Origin: Minisyncoccota bacterium
Lineage (GTDB): Bacteria > Patescibacteriota > Minisyncoccia > Phycocordibacterales > DSPV01
Length of the DNA stretch: 64,000 nucleotides
Direction of reading: 5' to 3'
Assembly (NCBI GenBank): GCA_041662545.1
Contig: JBAZSH010000001.1
Span: forward strand, 46,813-110,812
The position numbers and the translations under genes were made by a program. The notes under the pieces are model-generated. The model was not told the DNA's origin. It searched no databases and saw nothing but the letters and a program-made list of their open reading frames with translations. This document shows positions 19,574-29,503 of the stretch, piece by piece. Position 1 is the stretch's first letter. Each line of letters begins with the position of its first letter.

Positions 19574-20026
19574 ATGGCTAATTTTTCAAGAGATGGCGGT
19601 GACAACAGAGGAGGCTTTAGATCGGGAGGGAGAGGAGGATTTGATAAAAGAGACTCACGACCTATGGTTCTTCATGATGCGATTTGCGGTAAATGTGGAA
19701 ATAAATGCCAAGTGCCTTTTCGTCCCACAGGAGATAAGCCTGTGTATTGCAGAGATTGTTTTTCCCGTATGGGCGGTCCTAGTGGAGCTAGCGGAGATAG
19801 ATTTCAAAAGAAAGATCGAAGAGACTTTGCGCCAAGTTCGCAGGGTATGCAACCGAGAGTAATTCCGCCAAGCGCCGGAGACGACGAAGTAAAAAGACAA
19901 TTAGAGGGGGTGAATGCGAAGTTGGAGAGACTTATCTCCGCCGTGCAAGCTCTTGTGCCGGTAGAAAAATTAGTCAAGACAATTCCAAAAAAATCTACGA
20001 CCAAGAAAGCGTCAAAAAAGGCATAG
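19574..20026 (+). CDS. CxxC-x17-CxxC zinc-ribbon domain protein
   Basis: AICGKCGNKCQVPFRPTGDKPVYCRDCF flanked by RGG-rich segments. Confidence 0.85.
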   Translation: MANFSRDGGDNRGGFRSGGRGGFDKRDSRPMVLHDAICGKCGNKCQVPFRPTGDKPVYCRDCFSRMGGPSGASGDRFQKKDRRDFAPSSQGMQPRVIPPSAGDDEVKRQLEGVNAKLERLISAVQALVPVEKLVKTIPKKSTTKKASKKA

Positions 20027-20045
20027 ATACACTATTTTATTTAAT

Positions 20046-21704
20046 ATGAAAAAGATAGCCCTATTAATCTTTTTTGTTATTCCAAGTATTGTTTGGGCGG
20101 ACGATACCGGATTTTTAGTGCCTAGCGCCAATTTGGTTAATGCCGCGCCTTCATGGAATAATTCTCAAAACGGTTACACCTCGGATGACGCTTACGCCAC
20201 CACCACCAACACAAGTTCATGGGTGTCCTATTCAAATTTTGATATTTCTGCTATCCCAACTGGTTCGACTATCAATGGAATAGAAGTCAGCGTGGAGGGT
20301 AAAACTGCTGGAAGAGATATTGATATCAGCTTGTCTTGGAATCATTTCAATTACACTTCTGTAATAGCGGCCGGATTTACTGAAGCGACTGATGCCGTTA
20401 AATTAGTCGGCGGGGCGACAAACACTTTTGGACGGACTTGGTCGGCGGAAGATTTTACCAATGAAAATTTCAGAGTAAGGGCCACCGCTCATTCATTCTC
20501 GCCAAACGGGACAATGTTTTCTCTTGACCAGATACAAGCGAAAGTTTATTACACTAAAAAGAATTTGACTGCTAATATCACAGTTGATGATAAAACATAC
20601 GACGGAAATAATATCGCCACGGTCACCGCTTGTAATTTGGCAGGAGTTGTCAGTCCCGATGTTGTAACTTGTTTTGCTACTGTTGCGGCGTTTGATGATA
20701 AAAATGTCGGCACAGATAAAATTGTAACGGCAACAAGCATTACGCTTGGTGGCGCTGATTCTGGCAATTATACAAATGACTCTTCGGCTTCCACAACGGC
20801 TAGCATCACGGAGCGCAATTTAACCGTAACAGTGGCGGGAATAAGCAAAGTTTATGATGGAAATACTACAGCCACTACCACACTTTCTGATGATAGGATT
20901 GTTGGAGATTCTTTGACATTAAGTTATGCCACCACCACATTTGCCGACTCGAATTCTGCTTCGGATATTGTTGTCTCCGTGACCGGCATTTCAATTTTCG
21001 GAGGCGCTGATGCTGGTAATTATACGCTCGCGGCCACAACGGCCAGCACGACAGCGGATATAATTCAATCTCAAGGCATAATCACTTTAGATAATTCTAA
21101 TTTGACCAGAACATACGACGGCAGTTCGCAGACGGTAAGCGTTCTTTCTACAAATCCCGCTGGCCTTTCTTATACTGTGACTTACAATGGTTCAACAACT
21201 CCACCAACAACAGTGGGAACCTCCACTGTTTTGGCTACTATCACTGATCAGAATTATTCCGGCACTGATTCTGTTGTTCTCACTATTGTGGACAATCCCG
21301 CGCCGGCGGTTACGCCTACCGTAGATCCATCACCCAGAGGAGGCAACGGACCTCTCTGGGGGACAACATTGGGGACAACTCCAACTCCAACACCGACTCA
21401 AATTCTCGTGCCGATTCCAACCCCAACACCGATTCTAACTCCAACTCTAGTTTCAATTCCTAAATCGGAAGTGAAAGCGGAAGTGAAAACGCCAATGGTA
21501 GCCGAACCAGTGTCACCAAAAACCACTGAAGCTACGAACACACAAGTGGCCGCGATAGTTTTACCGGAATCTTTGCCAGAATCGCAAATGATCGCCGCAG
21601 CAGCTGCGGCTGGCACAAGTGACAACACTTGGCTTCGGCTACTCGCTGGAGCTACGATTCTCATTATTTTGATTAGTGGTTCGTATTTGGCGTTTAGAAA
21701 CTAA
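20046..21704 (+). CDS. Surface protein with YDG/MBG-type repeats, Pro-Thr linker and C-terminal anchor
   Basis: Signal peptide; KTYDG, KVYDG, RTYDG repeats with GADSGNY/GADAGNY; PTPTP linker; C-terminal TM helix. Confidence 0.75.
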   Translation: MKKIALLIFFVIPSIVWADDTGFLVPSANLVNAAPSWNNSQNGYTSDDAYATTTNTSSWVSYSNFDISAIPTGSTINGIEVSVEGKTAGRDIDISLSWNHFNYTSVIAAGFTEATDAVKLVGGATNTFGRTWSAEDFTNENFRVRATAHSFSPNGTMFSLDQIQAKVYYTKKNLTANITVDDKTYDGNNIATVTACNLAGVVSPDVVTCFATVAAFDDKNVGTDKIVTATSITLGGADSGNYTNDSSASTTASITERNLTVTVAGISKVYDGNTTATTTLSDDRIVGDSLTLSYATTTFADSNSASDIVVSVTGISIFGGADAGNYTLAATTASTTADIIQSQGIITLDNSNLTRTYDGSSQTVSVLSTNPAGLSYTVTYNGSTTPPTTVGTSTVLATITDQNYSGTDSVVLTIVDNPAPAVTPTVDPSPRGGNGPLWGTTLGTTPTPTPTQILVPIPTPTPILTPTLVSIPKSEVKAEVKTPMVAEPVSPKTTEATNTQVAAIVLPESLPESQMIAAAAAAGTSDNTWLRLLAGATILIILISGSYLAFRN

Positions 21705-21715
21705 AAATCAAGAAA

Positions 21716-21934
21716 ATGAAAATTTTAGTGAAAGTAAAACCAAAAACCAGAATAGGGAAAGTTGCGAAAAAAGCCGATGGCAGTTTTGAAGTTTGGGTGA
21801 AAGAACCGCCGGTGGAGGGGCGGGCCAACGAAGCCGTGGTGAAAGCGCTGGCGGAATTTTTTGGTGTCAGTAAAAGCGCGGTTAGAATAATCAAGGGCGG
21901 AAAATCTAAACAAAAAATTGTGGAAGTGTTATGA
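21716..21934 (+). CDS. DUF167/YggU family protein
   Basis: VKVKP..V.EPPVEGRANEA...LAEFFGVSKS.V.II.G.KS.QK. Confidence 0.88.
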   Translation: MKILVKVKPKTRIGKVAKKADGSFEVWVKEPPVEGRANEAVVKALAEFFGVSKSAVRIIKGGKSKQKIVEVL

Positions 21935-21941
21935 TATTTTG

Positions 21942-22379
21942 ATGAAGAAAAAAGTTTTGCTGGGTTTGCTGGTGGTGATTGCGATTGGCGCGATGGTGAT
22001 TTTTAGCAACCGAAAGGCTGAGCCTTTCGGTTATAAGGATTTAGTGATTTTGGAAGCGCCGTTACCCGAAGCGCAAGTAGTTTCGCCGTTGGTGATAAAA
22101 GGCAAAGCGCGAGGGCAGTGGTTTTTTGAAGCGAGTTTCCCTGTGATTTTGGCTGATTGGGACGGTAGAATTATTGCCCAAGGAATTGCCCAAGCCAATC
22201 CGCCAGCTGGCGGAGACTGGATGACGGAAAATTTTGTGCCATTTGAAGCGACTTTGGAATTTGTTAAACCGGAATTTATCGGTGATTTTTCCAAACGCGG
22301 TTTCTTGATTTTGAAAAAAGACAATCCTTCCGGTTTGCCCGAACACGACGATGCTCTTGAAATACCCTTGGTTTTTTGA
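21942..22379 (+). CDS. Gmad2-type immunoglobulin-like domain protein with membrane anchor
   Basis: SPLVIKGKARGQWFFEASFPV...WMTENFVPF...KDNPSGLPE. Confidence 0.75.
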   Translation: MKKKVLLGLLVVIAIGAMVIFSNRKAEPFGYKDLVILEAPLPEAQVVSPLVIKGKARGQWFFEASFPVILADWDGRIIAQGIAQANPPAGGDWMTENFVPFEATLEFVKPEFIGDFSKRGFLILKKDNPSGLPEHDDALEIPLVF

Positions 22380-22507
22380 CTTTGACTTTTTCTTTTTTAT
22401 ATTTAATACTTATATAAGTTGGCCTTCAAATATTTGGGCTACAGAAAGCCGTAGTTCAAATATAGCTCTCCTAAATCCTCCTGGGCTTTCCTTCCTGACT
22501 TGAGTTC

Positions 22508-22543
22508 GGCGTCGTTGCATGCCTCGCAACGACGCCTCTTTTT
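22508..22543 (+). terminator. Intrinsic terminator
   Basis: GGCGTCGTTGC-7 nt-GCAACGACGCC followed by TCTTTTT. Confidence 0.65.
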
Positions 22544-22566
22544 AATAAAAAACTCAAAGATGTCCA

Positions 22567-22878
22567 TTATATCAATAGAATAGCAAAAGCGAGCAGGGTA
22601 AGTAGAAAAAGAAAAACGAGAGTAGCAGCGAGCAGTTGGAAGGCCTCTTTTTTGTTGCCACTAAGATAAAGATGAATTGGCCGGCCCAAAACGAGAGAGC
22701 CGGTGATTGTTGCCGATAGAATAAAAAGTAAAAGCATTGCCAGCGGTATACCGAAACCGCCACCGGCTTTGCCGAAAAGTTTTTCACCATTAAAAAGCAA
22801 CCAAGCCAGCGCCGAGACATAGATAAAAGTGCCGGCCGATTGGAGAAAAGCGTAGGTAATAATTTTCTGTTTGGTCAT
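22567..22878 (-). CDS. Hypothetical membrane protein (three TM helices)
   Basis: 103 aa hydrophobic; SATITGSLVLGRPI. Confidence 0.7.
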   Translation of the reverse strand: MTKQKIITYAFLQSAGTFIYVSALAWLLFNGEKLFGKAGGGFGIPLAMLLLFILSATITGSLVLGRPIHLYLSGNKKEAFQLLAATLVFLFLLTLLAFAILLI

Positions 22879-22919
22879 CTTGATTTGTTAATGATAACAC
22901 AAAACGGGGGGTTTTTATT

Positions 22920-23597
22920 TCAATGGGCGAGGGCGATGCCGAGGATTTTTTTGGCGCCGGCGCGGCGCAAAGTTTTCATCGCTTCGCTTAAAGTAGTGCC
23001 GGTGGTGGTAACATCATCAATCACAATAATGTTTCGATGGCGCGCCGCACCGTTCTCATTGGCGGCGAAAGCGCCCCGCAAGTTTTTTAAGCGGCTAGCG
23101 CGTGAGTCAGTTTTGGTTTGACTAGAGGTGTCTCTGATTTTTATCAAAATATTTTTATTAATTTCAAAAATCTTATTCGTGTCTAATTTTGCCAATTCAT
23201 CCAACAAAATTTCACATTGGTTAAAACCGCGCTCGCGACGGCGTTTGGAAGAAAGGGGAACGGGGACAATTAGTGGTCGAGTAAAATTTTCAAAAATTTC
23301 CAGTTCACTTAATTCTGCTGATAATTCGTCAAACAAACATTCGGCGAGCAAGGCGGCCACCGCGCGGTTGCCACGGAATTTGAGTTCCCATATTGCCGTG
23401 CGCACTAAAGGATCGTGGTAGTCAAAAAAGGCGATGAGATTTTCTCTACTCCGCCGGTTGGCGGACAGGCTATTTAGTTCGCGAGACCGTTTGGCGCGGC
23501 CGGCAAAGCCGGCCGCGCCCATTCTCTCCAATTTTTCCACCGCTGGTGCTTTCGGCAGAAAAAAATCTAAAACCAAGTTTAGCCACTTTTGTATCAT
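22920..23597 (-). CDS. comF: ComF family phosphoribosyltransferase-domain competence protein
   Basis: VPVPLSSKRRRERGFNQC, IIVIDDVTTTGTTL. Confidence 0.85.
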   Translation of the reverse strand: MIQKWLNLVLDFFLPKAPAVEKLERMGAAGFAGRAKRSRELNSLSANRRSRENLIAFFDYHDPLVRTAIWELKFRGNRAVAALLAECLFDELSAELSELEIFENFTRPLIVPVPLSSKRRRERGFNQCEILLDELAKLDTNKIFEINKNILIKIRDTSSQTKTDSRASRLKNLRGAFAANENGAARHRNIIVIDDVTTTGTTLSEAMKTLRRAGAKKILGIALAH

Positions 23598-23626
23598 ATC
23601 GAATATGATACAATAACTTTAACTAT

Positions 23627-24754
23627 ATGGCTTTTTTTTCAAAAATTTTTAACAAACTGACGGGTGACGGTGGTGGCACTAGCGTTGTCGGTATTGACAT
23701 TGGATCCTCGGCAGTAAAAATTGTAGAGCTTAAAACAAAAGGTGGTCGGGCGGTGCTTGGCACCTATGGTGCGTTAGCTCTTGGTCCTTACGCCAACAGT
23801 TCTGTTGGTCAAGTAACTAAATTGCCAAATGAAAAAGTTGCCGAGGCCTTGCGCGATATTTTGCGCGAAGCTAACGCTACTACTAAAGTTTGTAGTTTTG
23901 CCATTCCTCTGTCAGCCAGTTTATTGTCGTTAATTGAGATGCCGGTTTTGGATCAAAAGCAATTACCGCAGATGGTGCCCATTGAAGCCAGAAAATATAT
24001 TCCAGTGCCAATGAGTGATGTAACTTTGGATTGGTGGATAATACCAAAGACCGAGCGAGAGACAACTTCCAGCCCAGATGATCCGATGACTAAGATTCAA
24101 AAAGCCAAAATGGTGGATATTCTTTTGGTGGTGATTCAAAATGCCGCTCTTAATAATTATCGGGAAATTGTTAGGTTGACCGGTCTCGATGTTTCCTTTT
24201 TTGAGATTGAAGCGTTTAGTACCATTAGAGCAGTGATGAATAGGGAAACGATGCCGGTGATGATTTTTGATATGGGTGCCGGCGCCACCAAACTTTATAT
24301 TGTAGAAATGGGTATTGTCAGAACTTCTCACACTATCAATCGTGGTTCGCAAGACATCACTTCGGCCTTGGCGCAATCGCTCGGTATTAATGTGGTTGAA
24401 GCGGAAAAATTAAAAAGGGACAAGGGATTAATTGCCGAGGGTATTGCCTCCGGTACTGTTGAAGCCACCTCAGTAATTTTGGGTTATATTTTTGCCGAAG
24501 TTAATCGGGTGCTGATTGGTTACCAAAAGAAAAGCGGCAAAGTGGTGCGGCGGGTGATTTTGACTGGCGGTGGATCAGCATTAAAGGGGATTTTACAATA
24601 TGCCAAAGAGCATCTGGAATCAGAGGTGGAGTTGGCTGACCCATTTGCCAAGGTAGATGCGCCGGCTTTCCTCCAGGGGGTGCTTAAAGACGCCGGTCCG
24701 CAATTTACGGTTGCCTTGGGTGTTGCCCTGCGCCAGCTTCAAGAGTTGGGGTAG
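23627..24754 (+). CDS. pilM: Type IV pilus assembly protein PilM
   Basis: VGIDIGSSAVKIVEL, EARKYIP, DMGAGAT, ILTGGGS, VALGVALR. Confidence 0.9.
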   Translation: MAFFSKIFNKLTGDGGGTSVVGIDIGSSAVKIVELKTKGGRAVLGTYGALALGPYANSSVGQVTKLPNEKVAEALRDILREANATTKVCSFAIPLSASLLSLIEMPVLDQKQLPQMVPIEARKYIPVPMSDVTLDWWIIPKTERETTSSPDDPMTKIQKAKMVDILLVVIQNAALNNYREIVRLTGLDVSFFEIEAFSTIRAVMNRETMPVMIFDMGAGATKLYIVEMGIVRTSHTINRGSQDITSALAQSLGINVVEAEKLKRDKGLIAEGIASGTVEATSVILGYIFAEVNRVLIGYQKKSGKVVRRVILTGGGSALKGILQYAKEHLESEVELADPFAKVDAPAFLQGVLKDAGPQFTVALGVALRQLQELG

Positions 24755-24812
24755 GTGGTTGTTGATAAGATTAACGCTTGCGGACAGAAAAAGGTGTATA
24801 ATGTAAAGGAGT

Positions 24813-25406
24813 ATGGATGGTAATTTTCAAAAATCTTTTATACCCAGAGAATCTTTGGGTGGTGAAGTGAGTTTTGGTTCTAGACCTAGTCTGGGAAGTT
24901 TTACGCTTATCGCCATTGTGATTTTTTTGATTTCCGCCGGTGCTTTTGGGGTAACTTATTTGTATAAACAATCTATCAAGAAAAACATTGCCCAATTGGA
25001 TATTGAGTTAGCTCGGATGCAAGAAATTTTTCAGCCGGCCACTGTTGCTGAATTTGAGAAATTAAGTAGCCGTTTGGCGGCAGCCAATAAGTTAGTTGAT
25101 AATCATATCGCTCTCTCAAAAATTTTTGATGTTTTGGAGGAAGCAACTCTTAAGTCAGTTTATTTCAGTAGTTTTTCTTTGACTAGTAGCGGAGGGGAAT
25201 TTTCGCTGGGCTTGGGTGGTGTCGCTAAAAATTTTAGCTCGGTAGCTTTGCAATCAGACGCTTTCCGTATAAACCCAGCCTTCACGATTTCTACTTTTTC
25301 CAATCTTAATCTGGATGAAAAGGGCAATGTGGTGTTTGGCGTTGCCGCCTTGGTTGATCCAAAAATTTTATCTTATAAGCACAATATTGCCCAAACTGAT
25401 CAATGA
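24813..25406 (+). CDS. PilN-like pilus alignment protein
   Basis: TM helix, coiled coil and ferredoxin-like domain; follows pilM. Confidence 0.6.
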   Translation: MDGNFQKSFIPRESLGGEVSFGSRPSLGSFTLIAIVIFLISAGAFGVTYLYKQSIKKNIAQLDIELARMQEIFQPATVAEFEKLSSRLAAANKLVDNHIALSKIFDVLEEATLKSVYFSSFSLTSSGGEFSLGLGGVAKNFSSVALQSDAFRINPAFTISTFSNLNLDEKGNVVFGVAALVDPKILSYKHNIAQTDQ

Positions 25407-25966
25407 AAAATATCACCCCCTTTATTTTAATAGTAGCAGCCATCTGGATTTTTTGGGGTTATACCAAACCTATTTATGAAGAGACCGGCGCGCTTCGGGG
25501 AGTCAGAACTGGTTATGAAAATAAATTGGCACAAGCCAATGAGTTTCGACAACAGTATGAAAATCTTGCCACTGCCTACCAGAGTTTCTCTGAAACCGAT
25601 TTAGCCAATCTTTCACATTTGGTGCCCGATGAGATTGATCCCATCCGTCTTGTCATTGAGGTCAATGAGATCGCCGCCAAACAGGGTTTGCTAATTGAAG
25701 ATATCGCTGTTAGTGAATCTGGAAATACAGCAAAGGAAGCTAATTTGCCAGCCGTTGAAACAAGTTTTAATAGTGTTTTTAGTAATGTTGATTTAAGTTT
25801 TTCAGTGACTGGTAGTTACGGACAATTTGTCGCCTTTCTTCATGATTTGGAGAGCAGTCTACGGATTTTAGATGTGACTGATATAAAATTTTCTTTGGCG
25901 AAAGATTCCGTCAACGGTGGTAGTTATAATTTTAGCGTAGGTTTGAAGACCTATTGGTTACAATAA
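25403..25966 (+). CDS. pilO: PilO-like pilus alignment protein
   Basis: LVPD..., FSVTGSYGQFVAFLHDLESSLRILDV; operon position. Confidence 0.7.
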   Translation: MKNITPFILIVAAIWIFWGYTKPIYEETGALRGVRTGYENKLAQANEFRQQYENLATAYQSFSETDLANLSHLVPDEIDPIRLVIEVNEIAAKQGLLIEDIAVSESGNTAKEANLPAVETSFNSVFSNVDLSFSVTGSYGQFVAFLHDLESSLRILDVTDIKFSLAKDSVNGGSYNFSVGLKTYWLQ

Positions 25967-25969
25967 TTT

Positions 25970-26272
25970 ATGAATCCAAATAAATCAAAAAAGGGGAAAA
26001 TGGCAATCGTCATTGTGGCAATAATTGTCGCCGCCTTTATTGGTTATTCGTTGTTTTTTTCCAGCAAGAATAGTGATTTGTCCCCACTTTTGCCACAAGA
26101 GACAGACCAAAGTCAGACGGGGAACGATTTGCTTATGATATTTGCCAAATTATCGGCACTTAACCTGGACCCGACTGTTTTACAAAATCCAGTTTTTATT
26201 TCGTTGAAGAATTTCTCGCGAGAAATTCCCAGTGAGCCTTCGGGCCGGTCTAATCCGTTTGCCCCGATTTAG
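25970..26272 (+). CDS. Small pilus-associated membrane protein (PilP position)
   Basis: TM helix; C-terminal GRSNPFAP. Confidence 0.6.
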   Translation: MNPNKSKKGKMAIVIVAIIVAAFIGYSLFFSSKNSDLSPLLPQETDQSQTGNDLLMIFAKLSALNLDPTVLQNPVFISLKNFSREIPSEPSGRSNPFAPI

Positions 26273-26292
26273 TTTTATTTCATTTTTTCCAA

Positions 26293-28014
26293 ATGGGCAT
26301 TCTAGAAATTTTAGTAAAAAAAAATATTATTACCGACGAAGATGTGCCGGTAATCAAGAAGGAACTAAAAAAGCCGGGTGTTAAGCTTGACGAAATTTTA
26401 CAGGATCGCGGCGTAACGGCCACTGACCTTTTGACAATCAAGGGCGAACTTTATGGCGTGCCGATAAAGGTCTTAGACAATCAAGGTATTCCTTTTGAAG
26501 TTTTGCGTTATGTGCCAGAAGAATCAGCTATCCACTATAAACTGGCTCCGGTCGGGATTGCGGAAGGTGTTTTGGAAGTTGGTATGGTGGAGCCGGATAA
26601 TATTGAAGCTCGTGATGCTTTGAATTTTATTTCTTCGAAAGTTGATATGCCCTACAAAGTTTATCTGATTTCTCAAGCTGATTTTGAAAAAATTGCTCAA
26701 ATGTATAGAGGTTTGTCTGGCGAGGTGTCCCAAGCTTTAACGGAACTAGAGACAGAATTGTCTGGCGATCAGGCTGAATTAGCAGAGACCAGAATAGCGT
26801 CAAGTAATGAAGGTGGCACTGGCACTAGGATTATTGAAGATGCGCCGGTGACAAAAATTGTTGCTACCATTCTTCATTACGCGGTAGAAGGTAATGCTTC
26901 TGATATTCACATTGAACATCTAGGTGACAAAGTGCGAGTGCGTTTTCGAGTGGACGGTGTTTTAAATACTAGTTTGCTTTTACCACCAAAAGTTCACGCG
27001 GCGGTAGTGGCGCGAGTGAAAATTCTTTCCAATATGCGCTTGGATGAAAAACGAAAACCGCAAGACGGCCGGTTTAGCGCTCGCATTAGTGGTCGGAAAA
27101 TTGATTTTCGCGTTTCCACTTTTCCCGCTTATTACGGTGAAAAAGTGGTGATGAGGATTTTGGATTCGGAAAGAGGGGTTAAGGCCCTAGAAGAAATTGG
27201 TCTTTCCACTAGAAATCTTCAGTTGATTCGCGATGCCATTAAAAGACCTTATGGTATGGTTTTGATTTCCGGTCCGACTGGTTCTGGTAAGTCCACTACT
27301 CTTTATTCAATGTTGAATGAAGTAGACAAGGAAACGAAAAATGTTTTGAGTTTGGAAGATCCGGTGGAATACAATATGCCTGGTATGAGTCAGTCGCAAG
27401 TTCGGCCGGAAATCGGTTACACTTTTGCCACCGGTTTGCGCACCACCCTTCGTCAAGATCCGGATGTAATAATGGTAGGTGAGATTCGCGATAAAGAAAC
27501 CGCTGGTTTGGCAATTCAAGCGGCGCTGACTGGCCACTTGGTTCTTTCTACTATTCACACCAACAACGCTCTAGGTGTTATTCCACGATTATTGGATATG
27601 GGTGTTGACCCATTTATGATTCCACCAACTTTGATTTTGGCGATTGCCCAACGGCTAGTAAAAACCATTTGTCCCAATACCGGCAAATCCATCCCCGTTG
27701 AAGGCAGTATTAAGTTGATGGTAGAAAAACAATTGGCCGATTTGCCAGCCCAATATCATTTTCAAATTCCTATTGGTAAAGATGTTTTTGGAGCAATGCC
27801 TTCGCCTGAATGTCCTAAAGGCACGCGTGGTCGGACGGCAGTAGTGGAGGTTTTGGAAATGAGTCGTGATTTGGAGGCGGCGATTTTGAAGGGTGCTAGT
27901 GAGGTTGAACTTAAAAAAATTGCTCGAGCTCAAGGTATGCTGACAATGAAAGAGGACGCGCTGTGCAAGGCCTTCCGCCACGAAATTCCCTTTGAAGAAG
28001 TAAATGAGCTATAA
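26293..28014 (+). CDS. pilB: Type IV pilus assembly ATPase PilB (GspE family)
   Basis: ASDIHIE, RFRVDG, PQDGRF, GPTGSGKSTT, LRQDPDVIMVGEIRD, TGHLVLSTIH. Confidence 0.9.
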   Translation: MGILEILVKKNIITDEDVPVIKKELKKPGVKLDEILQDRGVTATDLLTIKGELYGVPIKVLDNQGIPFEVLRYVPEESAIHYKLAPVGIAEGVLEVGMVEPDNIEARDALNFISSKVDMPYKVYLISQADFEKIAQMYRGLSGEVSQALTELETELSGDQAELAETRIASSNEGGTGTRIIEDAPVTKIVATILHYAVEGNASDIHIEHLGDKVRVRFRVDGVLNTSLLLPPKVHAAVVARVKILSNMRLDEKRKPQDGRFSARISGRKIDFRVSTFPAYYGEKVVMRILDSERGVKALEEIGLSTRNLQLIRDAIKRPYGMVLISGPTGSGKSTTLYSMLNEVDKETKNVLSLEDPVEYNMPGMSQSQVRPEIGYTFATGLRTTLRQDPDVIMVGEIRDKETAGLAIQAALTGHLVLSTIHTNNALGVIPRLLDMGVDPFMIPPTLILAIAQRLVKTICPNTGKSIPVEGSIKLMVEKQLADLPAQYHFQIPIGKDVFGAMPSPECPKGTRGRTAVVEVLEMSRDLEAAILKGASEVELKKIARAQGMLTMKEDALCKAFRHEIPFEEVNEL

Positions 28015-28040
28015 ATAAGTTATAATCTAATTCACTAAAT

Positions 28041-28436
28041 ATGGCCGAACAAAAAAAGGAAAAAGTTTTGATAGTAGACGACGACAAGTTTCTTTTAAGC
28101 ATGTATACCGTCAAGTTTAAGAACGCTGGTTTTGAGGTAGATATGGCGAACGGTGGGGCAGAGGCGTTGAGTAAACTTCAAGATGGCAATGCGCCGGACA
28201 TTCTTATTTTAGACTTGATTATGCCCGGTATGGATGGCTATGAATTTCTGGCGAAAGTTCGGGAACAAAAATTGGTGCCAAAGGCGACGGTGGTTGTTTT
28301 AACTAATCAAGGTCAGCCGGAGGATATTGAGAAAGCCAAGAAATACAATGTCCAAGGTTACATTGTCAAAGCCAGCACCATTCCGTCGGAAGTTCTTGAA
28401 GAAGTAATGAAAATACATAAAAGTAAAAATAATTAG
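28041..28436 (+). CDS. Stand-alone response regulator receiver protein
   Basis: VLIVDDD, LILDLIMPGMDG, GYIVKA. Confidence 0.9.
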   Translation: MAEQKKEKVLIVDDDKFLLSMYTVKFKNAGFEVDMANGGAEALSKLQDGNAPDILILDLIMPGMDGYEFLAKVREQKLVPKATVVVLTNQGQPEDIEKAKKYNVQGYIVKASTIPSEVLEEVMKIHKSKNN

Positions 28437-28437
28437 A

Positions 28438-29499
28438 ATGGATTATACCAAAGAACTTGAACAATTAATCATAACCGTTATTAAAGAAGGCGGTTCCGAT
28501 TTACATATTTCCGAAGGCCGGTATCCGACCATTCGGGTAACGGGCGCCTTGATCCCGCTCTTGAAGCATAAAATATTGTCCAAAGAAGACACTTTGGGCT
28601 TGGTAACAGAACTTTTAACATCAGAAAACAAGAAACAATTTTTGGAGACAAAGGAAATTGATTTTTCCTACAGTTATAAAAATGAAGCACGTTTTCGTGG
28701 TAATGGTTATTTTCAACAGGGATCCGTGGGCATCGCTTTGCGTTTGATACCTAGAAAAATTCGGACATTGGAAGAATTGAACTTGCCGCCGATTCTCTCT
28801 ACTTTTGCTGAAAAACAACAGGGTTTTTTCTTGGTGGTGGGTCCCGTTGGCCACGGCAAGACGACAACTTTGGCGGCGCTTATTGACCTCATTAATACCA
28901 ATCGGGCCGAACATATTATTACCATTGAGGATCCGATTGAATATATCTTTGAAGAAAAGCGTTCTCTGGTTGATCAACGGGAAGTGAAAGTTGATACCAA
29001 AGATTTTCAAACGGCTTTGACCGCGATGTTTCGACAGGATGTGAATATTGCGATGATTGGCGAAATGCGCGGTCTTGAGACAATTTCTGCCGCCGTTACT
29101 GCTGCCGAGACTGGCCATTTTGTTGTTTCCACTCTGCACACCAACAGCGCCGCTCAGACCATTGATAGGATTATTGATTTTTTTCCGTTTAATCAGCAGG
29201 GGCAGATTCGTTTGCAACTCGCCGAGACCTTGACCGGTATTTTTTCTCAACGATTGTTGCCGAGAATTTCCGGTGGTTTGGTGCCGGCTTATGAATTGTT
29301 AATTACTAACAATGCGGTTTCTAACTTGATTCGTGAAAAACGCACCCACGAAATTAATACTGTTATTGAGACCGGCTTAGACCAAGGAATGATTGATATC
29401 AATCGGTCGCTGTTGGATCTTGTTCGCCGTAGTGAAATCGCCGTTGCCGATGCCTATCGTTATACCACTAACTTGAAATCATTAGAGCGAATGATGTAA
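28438..29499 (+). CDS. pilT: Type IV pilus retraction ATPase PilT
   Basis: GSDLHI, GPVGHGKTTT, ITIEDPIEY, QREV, GEMR, AAETGH, STLHTNSA. Confidence 0.9.
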   Translation: MDYTKELEQLIITVIKEGGSDLHISEGRYPTIRVTGALIPLLKHKILSKEDTLGLVTELLTSENKKQFLETKEIDFSYSYKNEARFRGNGYFQQGSVGIALRLIPRKIRTLEELNLPPILSTFAEKQQGFFLVVGPVGHGKTTTLAALIDLINTNRAEHIITIEDPIEYIFEEKRSLVDQREVKVDTKDFQTALTAMFRQDVNIAMIGEMRGLETISAAVTAAETGHFVVSTLHTNSAAQTIDRIIDFFPFNQQGQIRLQLAETLTGIFSQRLLPRISGGLVPAYELLITNNAVSNLIREKRTHEINTVIETGLDQGMIDINRSLLDLVRRSEIAVADAYRYTTNLKSLERMM

Positions 29500-29503
29500 T
29501 TTT

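Noticed and set aside
21370-21450. CCAACTCCAACACCG-type tandem repeats
   Set aside because: Explained by an ordinary Pro-Thr linker in a surface protein.
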